IMG/VR virus record: IMGVR_UViG_3300025647_000019
Location: 1 to 64,000 of that record
Direction: 5' to 3' (one strand)
Length of the DNA: 64,000 nt
Origin: a virus
Position 1 is the stretch's first letter; each line of letters opens with the position of its first letter. The notes beneath the pieces were generated by a model, which was given only the letters and a program-made list of their open reading frames with translations, made no database searches and had not been told where the DNA came from. Shown here one piece after another: positions 18,589 through 27,940 of the stretch. A program made the position numbers and the translations under genes.

Positions 18589-18819
18589 ATGACTTTGTAT
18601 GGACGTTATCTTCACTGCCGTAAGGTTATCGTTTCAATGCAGGATTTGATTACTGAATTGGATCGAATGCTCAAGAATTACAGTTTCGGAAATGGTAATT
18701 TTGATCTGGATCGAATGTGGGAACGAAGGGAAAAGTATTCCGAAATGCTTGATATTTTGGAATCCGAATCTCACTATTGTGAACTGATCATGGAATATAA
18801 TCAGGATCATTCCTGGTAA
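18589..18819 (+). CDS. Hypothetical protein
   Basis: AGGAGG RBS. Confidence 0.6.
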   Translation: MTLYGRYLHCRKVIVSMQDLITELDRMLKNYSFGNGNFDLDRMWERREKYSEMLDILESESHYCELIMEYNQDHSW

Positions 18820-18829
18820 GGAGAGAGAA

Positions 18830-19027
18830 ATGAAAGACCTAACTAAAAAGTTTATTCAGGAAATTGCCTTTATTGATTATGGACTTACTGGTTCTTGTGG
18901 AATTGAGTTTGAATGGTTTCTTCGAGGTGAAAGAAAAAAGATTATTGATATGATCGAATTCTTTGATCTCGATAGGAATGAGATTGAGCGGGAAGCTAAG
19001 AAACTTCAGATGCAGAAAGTTGGTTAA
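18830..19027 (+). CDS. Hypothetical protein
   Basis: AAGGAG RBS. Confidence 0.6.
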   Translation: MKDLTKKFIQEIAFIDYGLTGSCGIEFEWFLRGERKKIIDMIEFFDLDRNEIEREAKKLQMQKVG

Positions 19028-19029
19028 AA

Positions 19030-19257
19030 ATGACTATTCAAGAATATTATGATATGCTGGAAAAGCACGATTGGTATTATTGTTTCTCTGATGACCATCG
19101 TTATTGGGTTGCTGGTGAACGTAGCATCAAGGAACTGAGAAGACTTGCTGATGAACATGGTGAAGCTTTCTACACTTTGCTTGAAGGATTTTTTAATCAC
19201 CATTTCAGTGGAAAGCCTTGGGGAAATGAACAGGCTCCTAAGCCAGAAAGGCCATAA
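19030..19257 (+). CDS. Phage hypothetical protein
   Basis: HDWYY.FSDD.R.W pattern common in phage small proteins. Confidence 0.65.
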   Translation: MTIQEYYDMLEKHDWYYCFSDDHRYWVAGERSIKELRRLADEHGEAFYTLLEGFFNHHFSGKPWGNEQAPKPERP

Positions 19258-19259
19258 CA

Positions 19260-19373
19260 ATGCTTACCTTTTTAGGAAAACTCCCGTGGTTGATTGTCTG
19301 GACAATCGCAATTATTATTGCTATTCCATTTTATATTCTTTCTGTCATTGTTAAGATATTTACTCTTAACTGA
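19260..19373 (+). CDS. Small membrane peptide (37 aa, not in ORF track)
   Basis: MLTFLGKLPWLIVWTIAIIIAIPFYILSVIVKIFTLN fills the gap between two genes. Confidence 0.4.
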   Translation: MLTFLGKLPWLIVWTIAIIIAIPFYILSVIVKIFTLN

Positions 19374-19386
19374 TAGGAGATCAACT

Positions 19387-19707
19387 ATGAAAGATCTAAC
19401 ATTAAAAAATGCTCCCCCAATTATCTCTCATTGGATTATCAAATATGATGACGTATTTGAAATGCCACAATATATTCAAGGGAAATTGGTAAACGATTAT
19501 AACGGATTTAAAGCAAAAGAAAATATTATACTGGATAATCTAATAGGAGTTGATCTTGGAAAAATCCCCCGAGCATATACTACAGACGGGGAAACGTTTT
19601 TATTAGCTGGTAAAGGGAGAAGAATGTTTTTAGTAGAAAATATTCCCCCTGATAATTGGCTTTTAGAGTCAGATGATTTAGATGAAGACTTGGATTCGGA
19701 CATTTAA
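19387..19707 (+). CDS. Hypothetical protein
   Basis: AGGAG RBS before ATG 19387. Confidence 0.55.
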   Translation: MKDLTLKNAPPIISHWIIKYDDVFEMPQYIQGKLVNDYNGFKAKENIILDNLIGVDLGKIPRAYTTDGETFLLAGKGRRMFLVENIPPDNWLLESDDLDEDLDSDI

Positions 19708-19722
19708 TCAAAGGTTATTAAA

Positions 19723-20259
19723 ATGATTAATTCACTAAAGGTAGACGGGATCTTAAGAGAACGTTCTTCTAAGACTTTACTTACTGGGGATTATTCCGAA
19801 ATTGAAATTCAATGTTATGAATGTGGGATCTGGAAATCAGTAAAAAAACTTACAAATGAAATGATCACTGAAAAGTTTTTCTGTGGTTCTTGCAAAAGAA
19901 AAAACAAAGCTCCCAAAAAGAAGATCACAAAAAAGAAAACTACCAAAGCAAAAAAATGGAAGAATCAATTTCCAGAAAATTGTCCCCATAAAGCATTTTT
20001 TGGATGCAAAGTGGCCAATCAATGCCAGGGTTGCTATTATAATCCAGATAAAAAAATTGCTCTTATGCCAAAATATGGAATTCCCTTTGAACCCGGTGAA
20101 AAGAAAAATACTAAGGAACATTGGTTTTATGGGGATAAAAAACATTCAGAAAAAGCATTGGGTTTACTAGAAGAGATAAAATCGGGGAAGGGATTACTTA
20201 AAGGGGGAGCTAGATCCCACTTTAAATATGCTCGAAAAAAGTATGATGAAGATGAATAA
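19723..20259 (+). CDS. Basic Cys-rich (zinc-binding) protein
   Basis: CYEC, CGSC and CQGC motifs; Lys-rich linker. Confidence 0.6.
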   Translation: MINSLKVDGILRERSSKTLLTGDYSEIEIQCYECGIWKSVKKLTNEMITEKFFCGSCKRKNKAPKKKITKKKTTKAKKWKNQFPENCPHKAFFGCKVANQCQGCYYNPDKKIALMPKYGIPFEPGEKKNTKEHWFYGDKKHSEKALGLLEEIKSGKGLLKGGARSHFKYARKKYDEDE

Positions 20260-20264
20260 TTTTA

Positions 20265-20299
20265 TTTACTTTTTGACTTAAATACTGTATAATATACAG
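20265..20299 (+). promoter_or_regulatory. Early sigma70-like promoter with palindrome over the -10 box
   Basis: TTTACT-17-TATAAT; CTGTAT-AAT-ATACAG at 20285-99. Confidence 0.7.
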
Positions 20300-20341
20300 G
20301 TCACAATAAAAATGGTTAATTTACAAACCGGAGGTTACATA

Positions 20342-21208
20342 ATGGAAACTCAAACACAGACGATCACTGAGCCCGTATTGGATATGGGTGAACGTGGAAC
20401 TCCAACTGAACACATGGAAGCTTATCAATTTACCGTTAGGGAAGAAGAACTTACTACTCCCTCGGGCTTGATTGTTCCCGGGAAGAGGGCGATCGTTCGG
20501 GAAGACACTGAAGAGGTTATCGGTACTGTTGGATCTCACTATAAGGTTCTCACTCATGCCGAAGCTTTGGATCCTATTATTCGCAATTTGGAAAGTCGGG
20601 GACTTAAGACCTTCAAGAGAGTTAATCTCGTTGATGGTGGAGCTAAGATGTTCGCTAACATCTATTTCCCCGGTGAAGAATTTGAAGTAGGGGATCATAG
20701 CAATGATTCGGTTTGGCCTGGCGTATCAGTAGTTAATTCTCTGGATGGTTCTTTGAAGTATCGTCCCGAAGCTACTATTTATCGTTTGGCTTGTACTAAC
20801 GGTATGAGAATCCCGATGAAGATGGCTGGATTTTCGGCTATTCATTCTAAGAATCAGGACTTTGAATCTATTGTAGAAAAGATCCTGGCTTCTATTTCTG
20901 AAGGTTCTCATTTTCATACTTTCCATCGGATGGCTAATATCGGTCGACCGGCCGATACTATTGAGCTTCAGATTGATCAGATTCTTGAAGACAAGAAGTC
21001 TACCTTCCCCCGTCGATATAAGGATCTGGTTATGGCGGAAATCGCTAAGAATACCAATATCCGATTCAACACTATTACAGTTTGGGATATCTACAATGCT
21101 TTCCAATCTGTAATTGAGCATCACATGATTCGGGAAAAGGGTAAGGTTATTCGAGGACGGGCTCTGGAAGAAGATCTTTTCAAGTACTTCAGTACAGTTG
21201 CTTCCTAA
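20342..21208 (+). CDS. DUF932-family phage/plasmid protein
   Basis: VRED...IG.VG..Y, NSLDGS and RLACTNG motifs; GGAGG RBS. Confidence 0.75.
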   Translation: METQTQTITEPVLDMGERGTPTEHMEAYQFTVREEELTTPSGLIVPGKRAIVREDTEEVIGTVGSHYKVLTHAEALDPIIRNLESRGLKTFKRVNLVDGGAKMFANIYFPGEEFEVGDHSNDSVWPGVSVVNSLDGSLKYRPEATIYRLACTNGMRIPMKMAGFSAIHSKNQDFESIVEKILASISEGSHFHTFHRMANIGRPADTIELQIDQILEDKKSTFPRRYKDLVMAEIAKNTNIRFNTITVWDIYNAFQSVIEHHMIREKGKVIRGRALEEDLFKYFSTVAS

Positions 21209-21230
21209 AAAATCTTAAATATTTAAACCT

Positions 21231-21258
21231 AAACGGGGACTTCGGTCCCCGTTTTTTT
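21231..21258 (+). terminator. Intrinsic terminator ending the early region
   Basis: AAACGGGGAC-TTCG-GTCCCCGTTTTTTT. Confidence 0.9.
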
Positions 21259-21287
21259 GTGTAGATATATTAAAATAATTATATTAG

Positions 21288-21295
21288 ATATTTAT
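21288..21295 (+). promoter_or_regulatory. Putative late promoter motif ATATTTAT
   Basis: Recurs upstream of late genes (14147, 30739, 38873, 38833 on minus strand, 55160, 60777). Confidence 0.5.
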
Positions 21296-21315
21296 TTAGG
21301 AAAAAGGAGAAAAAA

Positions 21316-23058
21316 TTGGGCATTAAAAAGGGAAGTTCTAGATTAACTAAAAAGGAAATGTATTCTGAGATATTAAAATGCACAAAGTCTTGTGAATACT
21401 ATCTCCAAAATTATGGTAAGGTTTATAATGCAAAAAAGGGGTATGTTCCTTTTAATCTTTATGAATATCAAAAAGAAGGTTTAAAGGACTTCCAAAATCA
21501 TCGATTCAATATAACTCTTAAATCTAGACAAACGGGACTTTCAACTTTAGCTGCAGGATATATTGCTTGGATGGTTTGCTTTTTTCAAGCAAAAGAAATA
21601 GTTATTGTTGCAGACAAACAGGATAATGCTCAAGGATTTATTAGAAAGGTTAAAACCTTCATTAGAAAATCTCCACAATGGATGGTTCCAACTATCACTT
21701 CAGACAATAAGAAAAGTTTAGAATTTGGGAATGGTTCTCGAGTATCAGCCCAAGCAACAACTGCAAATGCAGGACGTTCTGAATCTTTATCTTTATTAGT
21801 AATCGATGAAGCTGCAATTATTGAATCTAGTAAAGTTGATGATCTTTGGGCTGCAGCTTTTCCAACACTATCAATGGGGGGGTCTGCTTTAATTATTTCA
21901 ACACCAAAGGGTGTTGGAAATTTTTATCATAAACAATGGTTGAATGCTATAAATAAAGAATCCGATTTTAATCCGATTGTTATTCACTGGACACAAAATC
22001 CTATTTATGCAAAAGATTTAGAATGGAATTGTACAAGTCCCAAATGTGGGAAAAAACAGGAAAAAGAACATATTTGGGACGACAAATGTGAATTCTGTGA
22101 TGAAAAAATAATGCCTACTTCTCCTTGGTATGAAGAGCAGAAAAAACAACTTGGAGATCCCCGAAAAGTAGCCCAAGAATTAGATATGAACTTTTTGGGT
22201 TCTGGTGATAATGTTATCCTTGAAGAGCACCTCAATAAAATGGAAAATAAATACGTCAAACCCCCTATTAGAATTTCGGGATTTGATAATAATTTATGGA
22301 TTTGGGAAGAACCAATAGAGAACGAGGAATATTTAATAGTAGGTGATGTGGCAAGAGGTGATGGTCAAGATTATTCTGCTTGTCATGTAATCAAATTATC
22401 CAATTTGGAACAAGTTGCCGAATACAAAGCAAAACTACCACCGGATTTATATGCAAAGTTTTTATATAAATTGGGCGAAGATTATAATAAGGGATTAATG
22501 GTAGTTGAAGCAAATAGTATTGGATATGCAACTTGTTTAAAATTGCAAGAAATGAAATATCCAAATCAATTTTATTCCATGAAGGGGCAATTTAATGCTA
22601 GGAATAAAAAAAAGCTAGAGAGAGCTTTTAGGGATAAGGAAAATATGGTTCCAGGATTCCAAACAACTTCGGCATCCAGACCATTATTAGTTTCACAATT
22701 AGAAGAAGACGTTAGAAATTTAAATATTAAAATTCATTCGATAAGAACTGTAAATGAATTGAGAACGTTGATCTGGAATAATGGAAAACCAGAAGCAACG
22801 GCAGGATATAATGACGATTTATGTATTTCTTTAGGGATCGGATTATTAGTAGTAGCTACGACATTAAAGGACATTACAGATTCGAAATTATTATTGGAAG
22901 AAACTCTAAAAGGAATATCGAATAATTATACAGAGGCAGATGAAGTAATTGACAATTTAAATATGTCAATAAAGAAAAACCAACACGGAGTAAATCCATG
23001 GGTTATGACGAATTCACAAGGGCAAGAAGAAGATATTTCTTGGCTTATAAAAAAGTAG
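21316..23058 (+). CDS. terL: Terminase large subunit (T4 gp17-like)
   Basis: Walker A KSRQTGLST, Walker B LLVIDEAA, STPKG, nuclease DVARGDGQDYS and YNDDL. Confidence 0.92.
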   Translation: MGIKKGSSRLTKKEMYSEILKCTKSCEYYLQNYGKVYNAKKGYVPFNLYEYQKEGLKDFQNHRFNITLKSRQTGLSTLAAGYIAWMVCFFQAKEIVIVADKQDNAQGFIRKVKTFIRKSPQWMVPTITSDNKKSLEFGNGSRVSAQATTANAGRSESLSLLVIDEAAIIESSKVDDLWAAAFPTLSMGGSALIISTPKGVGNFYHKQWLNAINKESDFNPIVIHWTQNPIYAKDLEWNCTSPKCGKKQEKEHIWDDKCEFCDEKIMPTSPWYEEQKKQLGDPRKVAQELDMNFLGSGDNVILEEHLNKMENKYVKPPIRISGFDNNLWIWEEPIENEEYLIVGDVARGDGQDYSACHVIKLSNLEQVAEYKAKLPPDLYAKFLYKLGEDYNKGLMVVEANSIGYATCLKLQEMKYPNQFYSMKGQFNARNKKKLERAFRDKENMVPGFQTTSASRPLLVSQLEEDVRNLNIKIHSIRTVNELRTLIWNNGKPEATAGYNDDLCISLGIGLLVVATTLKDITDSKLLLEETLKGISNNYTEADEVIDNLNMSIKKNQHGVNPWVMTNSQGQEEDISWLIKK

Positions 23059-23064
23059 GGAATA

Positions 23065-24888
23065 ATGGCAAATTATAGAGGAACATCTAGAAATGCAATG
23101 GGATTGAAATCAAAAGAGATTTTTGATATTGGTTCCGGGAGATTAAGCGATAGTAGCATAGACCTTCCAGGTAAATTATCAATTCTTATTAAAAGAGGCT
23201 TAGGTCAAAAATATATAACTGATCCTGAAAAATTAGATGCTCCGACATTAAAAAAGCATCAATCCTTTCTTGATGATCAATTTGCTAAACTTTCTTATAA
23301 TCAATATATTCAAACCTTAAATTTAGATGTTGATCGTCGTAAGAGTATTAATGATTTTAGAAGCATGGAATATACACCAGAGATTTCTTCTGCTCTTGAT
23401 ATTTTTGCTGATGAATGTACTACTCTAAATCAAGAAGGAAAAATTCTGAATATTATTACAGATCAAGAACGAATTCAAAACGTTTTAACAAATTTATTTG
23501 AAGAAATTTTGGATATTGATCATAATCTTTGGTATTGGATTCGTTCAATGTGTAAATTCGGGGATCATTTTTCTGTCTTAGATGTTCGACCCGGAAAAGG
23601 TGTTGTTGGATTTTTAGATATGGATCCTCTTGATATTAAAAGAGAAGAATCATATGATGGATCTATTAATTCTGTAAAATTTAATTGGGAAGAATATGAT
23701 ACACAATTTGCTGCTTGGCAAGTTGCTCATTTTAGATTAACTGATGATCAAAAAAGACTTCCATATGGAACCTCTGCATTAGAATCATCAAGAATGATTT
23801 GGAAACAATTAACAATGGCTGAAGATGCAATGATGATCTATCGCATCAGTCGTGCTCCAGAAAGAAGAGTATTTTATATTGATGTCGGAAATATTGATCC
23901 AGCGGATGTTCCTGAATATATCCAAAAAATTAAAAACACAATTAAAAGAGCCCCTCAAGTGGATCAAAACACTGGAAATATAAATCAAAAATATAATACA
24001 ATGGCAATTGATGAGGATTTTATTATTCCTCGTCGTAATGAAAAGAATTCAGAAATTGATACATTGGCCGGGGCATCAAACTTAGATGAAATTGCTGACA
24101 TTGAATATATGCAAAAGAAATTATTTGCTGCTCTTAAAGTTCCAAAGGCATTCTTGACTTATGATGAAGATATTAATGCTAAGGCAACATTATCAAATGA
24201 AGATGCTCGCTTTGCTAGAACAATTAATAGAATTCAACAAGCAGCAATTACAACTTTAACCCAAATTGCTATTACACATTTATTTGCTCTTGGTTTAAGA
24301 GACAAAGATCAGCTTATGTCTTTTTCCCTGGAGCTAACTAATCCTTCTTCACAATCCGAGCTTCAGAAATTAGAAATTCTAAGTGAAAAGGCAAGTACTT
24401 TTGATTCCCTTTGGGATGAAACAACTTTATCCCCCGTATCATGGGCATGGGGAATGGAAAATATTTTTGAGTTCTCAAAAGAAGAAATGAAAAAGATTCT
24501 TGAACAACAATATCTAGAAGGTAAAATGAAATTAGAAATAGAATCTGTTTCACAACCAGAAGCTCCTGAAATGGGAGAAGAAGAAGGAGGGGGAGGATTT
24601 ACTTCCGGTGGACAAGATCTTCCAGATCAACCCCCAGAAGGATATGAATATCAAGATGCTGAAACTGGTGAAACAGTATCAGAGATGATAGATAAATTAT
24701 TAGCTATAAAGAGTGCAAAGAGGGAAAAGAAACCGCTTTATTCCTCACATAAATTAATCAACAGTGGAAGATTGAATTCTCAGAATCCTGTAAATTATAT
24801 CCACGAAATGGAAGATCTTACTGTTGAAAAAATTGATGCTTTAAAAAATAAATCAGATATACCTAATTTTAAAAGGTTAAATGATTAA
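23065..24888 (+). CDS. Portal protein (T4 gp20-like)
   Basis: EDAMMIYRISRAPERRVFYIDVGN; EDFIIP; ALKVP. Confidence 0.92.
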   Translation: MANYRGTSRNAMGLKSKEIFDIGSGRLSDSSIDLPGKLSILIKRGLGQKYITDPEKLDAPTLKKHQSFLDDQFAKLSYNQYIQTLNLDVDRRKSINDFRSMEYTPEISSALDIFADECTTLNQEGKILNIITDQERIQNVLTNLFEEILDIDHNLWYWIRSMCKFGDHFSVLDVRPGKGVVGFLDMDPLDIKREESYDGSINSVKFNWEEYDTQFAAWQVAHFRLTDDQKRLPYGTSALESSRMIWKQLTMAEDAMMIYRISRAPERRVFYIDVGNIDPADVPEYIQKIKNTIKRAPQVDQNTGNINQKYNTMAIDEDFIIPRRNEKNSEIDTLAGASNLDEIADIEYMQKKLFAALKVPKAFLTYDEDINAKATLSNEDARFARTINRIQQAAITTLTQIAITHLFALGLRDKDQLMSFSLELTNPSSQSELQKLEILSEKASTFDSLWDETTLSPVSWAWGMENIFEFSKEEMKKILEQQYLEGKMKLEIESVSQPEAPEMGEEEGGGGFTSGGQDLPDQPPEGYEYQDAETGETVSEMIDKLLAIKSAKREKKPLYSSHKLINSGRLNSQNPVNYIHEMEDLTVEKIDALKNKSDIPNFKRLND

Positions 24889-24928
24889 TATTTTATTATA
24901 GCTAAAAATATCTTTAGGAGATTTAATA

Positions 24929-25735
24929 GTGAATTTTGGAACAATTTTAAACTCAATGACAAAAAAATGTATACTTCTTGTAATGGAAGGTAATGAAAAA
25001 GAATCTAAAGGTTTAGCTAAAGATTTTATTTCTTATGTGAATCTTAAACCGGTACTTAGAGATCAGTTTAAAGTATATCATAATTTAAATGAATCTTATG
25101 TTAACGGAATGGATTCTGCTCAATTATTTGTCACTGAAACCATTAATACATTAAAAAAATATTCCTTCGAAGATATTAAAATCTATAATGCTTTATTAGA
25201 AACAAAATTCAATCCTAAAAAAACAAAATCAACAGATATAAATTACCATATAGCTCGGTTAATCAAATATACTACGAGTGAAGATGATTTAGATGTGCAT
25301 TCATATGTTGAGTCTCTCAAAACAATAACGGAACATGTACAAATAATAAAAAATGATAAAAAACAATTAAGCGAAATTTCTAATAGTGAATTGGCCAACA
25401 GCTCTTTGAAGTTTCTTGAGCCAAAACACGTTATTAAGGTTGCTATTAAAAAATTCAATAAAGAATATTATTCAAAGTTAGACGAAAATGATCGAAAGAT
25501 TTTTAATATTCTCAGAAACAATAATAAATCTAAGATCAATGAACTATTTAACAATCAAATAAAAGAATTGGATAATTTAATGGATAATATCCAAAAAATG
25601 GATATTTTAGATGCCGAATTATCCAATAAAGTGCAGGAAAGTATAGAAATTCTTAGCAATGAGTGCACGTCTAAAAACATTTTAAATGCTTATGAATTAT
25701 TAGAAGAGCTTAGGAGTTTAAATGAAAAAGTCTGA
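24929..25735 (+). CDS. Hypothetical protein, head module
   Basis: Long ORF with AGGAG RBS between portal and protease. Confidence 0.6.
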   Translation: MNFGTILNSMTKKCILLVMEGNEKESKGLAKDFISYVNLKPVLRDQFKVYHNLNESYVNGMDSAQLFVTETINTLKKYSFEDIKIYNALLETKFNPKKTKSTDINYHIARLIKYTTSEDDLDVHSYVESLKTITEHVQIIKNDKKQLSEISNSELANSSLKFLEPKHVIKVAIKKFNKEYYSKLDENDRKIFNILRNNNKSKINELFNNQIKELDNLMDNIQKMDILDAELSNKVQESIEILSNECTSKNILNAYELLEELRSLNEKV

Positions 25736-26183
25736 ATTAAAAAATCTTATCAAAGAATGTTATCGGGAATTGAACGAAGGAAAAAACAATTGGGAAAATA
25801 TGAAACAATGGTGGAAAACCGATATTTCACCAGAAGAGAAAAAATATCTTGCAAAAAAATTAAAATTGTCTACAATAAATTATAAAGATATGAAACCCGG
25901 CGATTGGTCGACATTAATGAATAAATATTATAAAAAGAATTATGTTAACGAATCTATAAATATTGTTCAAGAAGCAGAAGTTGATACTTGGCGATTTGAA
26001 GCAGCACATGGAAAAAAACCTAGAGGTAATGGAGGATGGTATTTTACAAAAACAAATAAAGATATCGACTTTCATACCGATAGAGAAGGCGTTGATTATG
26101 TAATGGTTCGAGGACAATTTACAAAGGCTTGGAAAGAAGCCGCAAGAAGACTAAATGCTGCAATGGTCTGGGCTCAATCATAA
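25722..26183 (+). CDS. Putative internal head protein with MKKSELK leader
   Basis: MKKSELKNLIKECYRELNE; internal VNE/VQE sites. Confidence 0.6.
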   Translation: MKKSELKNLIKECYRELNEGKNNWENMKQWWKTDISPEEKKYLAKKLKLSTINYKDMKPGDWSTLMNKYYKKNYVNESINIVQEAEVDTWRFEAAHGKKPRGNGGWYFTKTNKDIDFHTDREGVDYVMVRGQFTKAWKEAARRLNAAMVWAQS

Positions 26184-26194
26184 AGGATTTAAAA

Positions 26195-27331
26195 ATGGAT
26201 CGTAATGAATTAAAAAAATTAATTAGAGAATGCTATCAAGAATTAAATGAAGAAAGAGAAAGAAGAAAGAACTTTAAAGATTTAAAAGTTGGTGATTTTT
26301 TTTATTTAATGAATGATCCTGATAAGGCAAAGTTAATCAAATCCAGCCCTACAAAATATAAAGTGGATGGAAAGGGAATGGAATATCCATTAAAGCCAAC
26401 TGCATCTGTTATTATTAAAGAGTGCTATATAGAATTAACTGAAGCTCGTAAATCCCATGTTGATAAAGTTGGGGAAAAATACAGGGTTAATATTGAAACT
26501 GTAGATGGCAAAAAATTTAGAGGTAAATGGAAAGATTTTAATTCTGCTTATGACGAACTTGGCGCAGTAGTTAAACAGTTGGCTATAAAGGGCGGAGTTT
26601 GGGATAAGAAAGAAGCACAAATTGCTGATCCCAATTATTTTAAATTCAGATTTATTGAAGGAAATATGGACAGAGTAAGATATCCTTGGAGTGCGTTATA
26701 TAATAAAGGAATAACAAAAATGAATAAGGGTGTCAAGCCAAAAAGACAAAAAGAAATTGATAAAGCTTTAGGTGAGTCTATTATTAAAGAAGGGTCCTTT
26801 GGCCCAGGAACAAAGGTTAAAGCAAATCTTAAAGATAAGAATTGGAAAGCAGAAATTGGGGCTATAGAAAATAAAAATCGTCCTGAAGCAATATATATAA
26901 CTTTGTCCTCATGGGTTAAACCAAAGCTTTCAGTTTTAAATGCGAAATCAGTTGCTACTAGTGATCCCGATTCTGTTGCTAAAGTAGCAATGATAGAATT
27001 TAAAAAAGAGATTGATATGATGAAAAGAAAATTCAGGGATTGTTTTGATGATAAATTTTTTGATCCTGGTAGTATTATATTTACTTATGACATTGCAGCT
27101 GAACAAGCTCGTGCAGGGAAAAGTCAATTTATTGAATTTGAATTTAATATTGATACAGTAAATGATATTGATCATAATGGGGATCCAGTTCAGAGTAAAG
27201 ACGGAAAAATGAATACTATCCCTTTTAAAGACTTTGTTAAACCTACTGAAGCTGCTATTAATAAAATTCTAGGCTCACAAACTTTTGATCCTAAAAAATC
27301 TAGGGTTCAATTTTCAAAGACTAAAGGATAG
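26195..27331 (+). CDS. Putative internal head polyprotein with leader
   Basis: AAGGA RBS; MDRNELKKLIRECYQELNE; internal IIKECYIELTE and IIKE. Confidence 0.6.
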   Translation: MDRNELKKLIRECYQELNEERERRKNFKDLKVGDFFYLMNDPDKAKLIKSSPTKYKVDGKGMEYPLKPTASVIIKECYIELTEARKSHVDKVGEKYRVNIETVDGKKFRGKWKDFNSAYDELGAVVKQLAIKGGVWDKKEAQIADPNYFKFRFIEGNMDRVRYPWSALYNKGITKMNKGVKPKRQKEIDKALGESIIKEGSFGPGTKVKANLKDKNWKAEIGAIENKNRPEAIYITLSSWVKPKLSVLNAKSVATSDPDSVAKVAMIEFKKEIDMMKRKFRDCFDDKFFDPGSIIFTYDIAAEQARAGKSQFIEFEFNIDTVNDIDHNGDPVQSKDGKMNTIPFKDFVKPTEAAINKILGSQTFDPKKSRVQFSKTKG

Positions 27332-27334
27332 AAA

Positions 27335-27928
27335 ATGAATAATCGCTGCGTAATTTCTGAATGGTATGAATTAGATTTAAGTCCCGAATTGATTGAAGAA
27401 TCAGTTAAAGACCCAACTAAGCCTTTACTTATTCAGGATAAATTACTTCAAAAAGCAAATACAAAAAATCATAACGGACGTATATATCCGAGAGAAGTCT
27501 TGTATAGAGAAGCAGAAAAATATAAAGAAAAAGTTAAAATGAGAAGTGCTATGGGGGAATTAGATCATCCAGATTCACCAATTGTTGAATTAAAAAACGT
27601 TTCTCATTTAATAACTGATATTTATATGCGTGGCGATGAGGTTAGAGGGACTATTGAAGTATTGAGTACTCCACCTGGCCAAATCCTTAAAAATCTCATT
27701 CAACAGGGTGTAAAAATCGGGATTAGTTCACGAGGGATAGGATCACTTCAAAATGAAGGTGGTCAAAATATTGTTCAAGATGATTTTGAATTAATTGCTT
27801 TTGATGCAGTTAGTTCCCCCTCTACTCCTGGCGCATTTTTAGTTGAAAGTTTACAACATGAAATCGATAGATATAATAACTTGAGGAATATTCTGCACGG
27901 AATACTTAAAGACAAATATTTTAATTAA
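27335..27928 (+). CDS. Prohead core protease (T4 gp21-like)
   Basis: NHNGRIYP, GELDHP, VSH, GISSRG.GS, D.V..PS motifs. Confidence 0.92.
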   Translation: MNNRCVISEWYELDLSPELIEESVKDPTKPLLIQDKLLQKANTKNHNGRIYPREVLYREAEKYKEKVKMRSAMGELDHPDSPIVELKNVSHLITDIYMRGDEVRGTIEVLSTPPGQILKNLIQQGVKIGISSRGIGSLQNEGGQNIVQDDFELIAFDAVSSPSTPGAFLVESLQHEIDRYNNLRNILHGILKDKYFN

Positions 27929-27940
27929 AGGAGAAGCCAA

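Noticed and set aside
20283-20300. LexA/SOS box
   Set aside because: CTGT-N7-ACAG is one base short of the canonical CTGT-N8-ACAG spacing.
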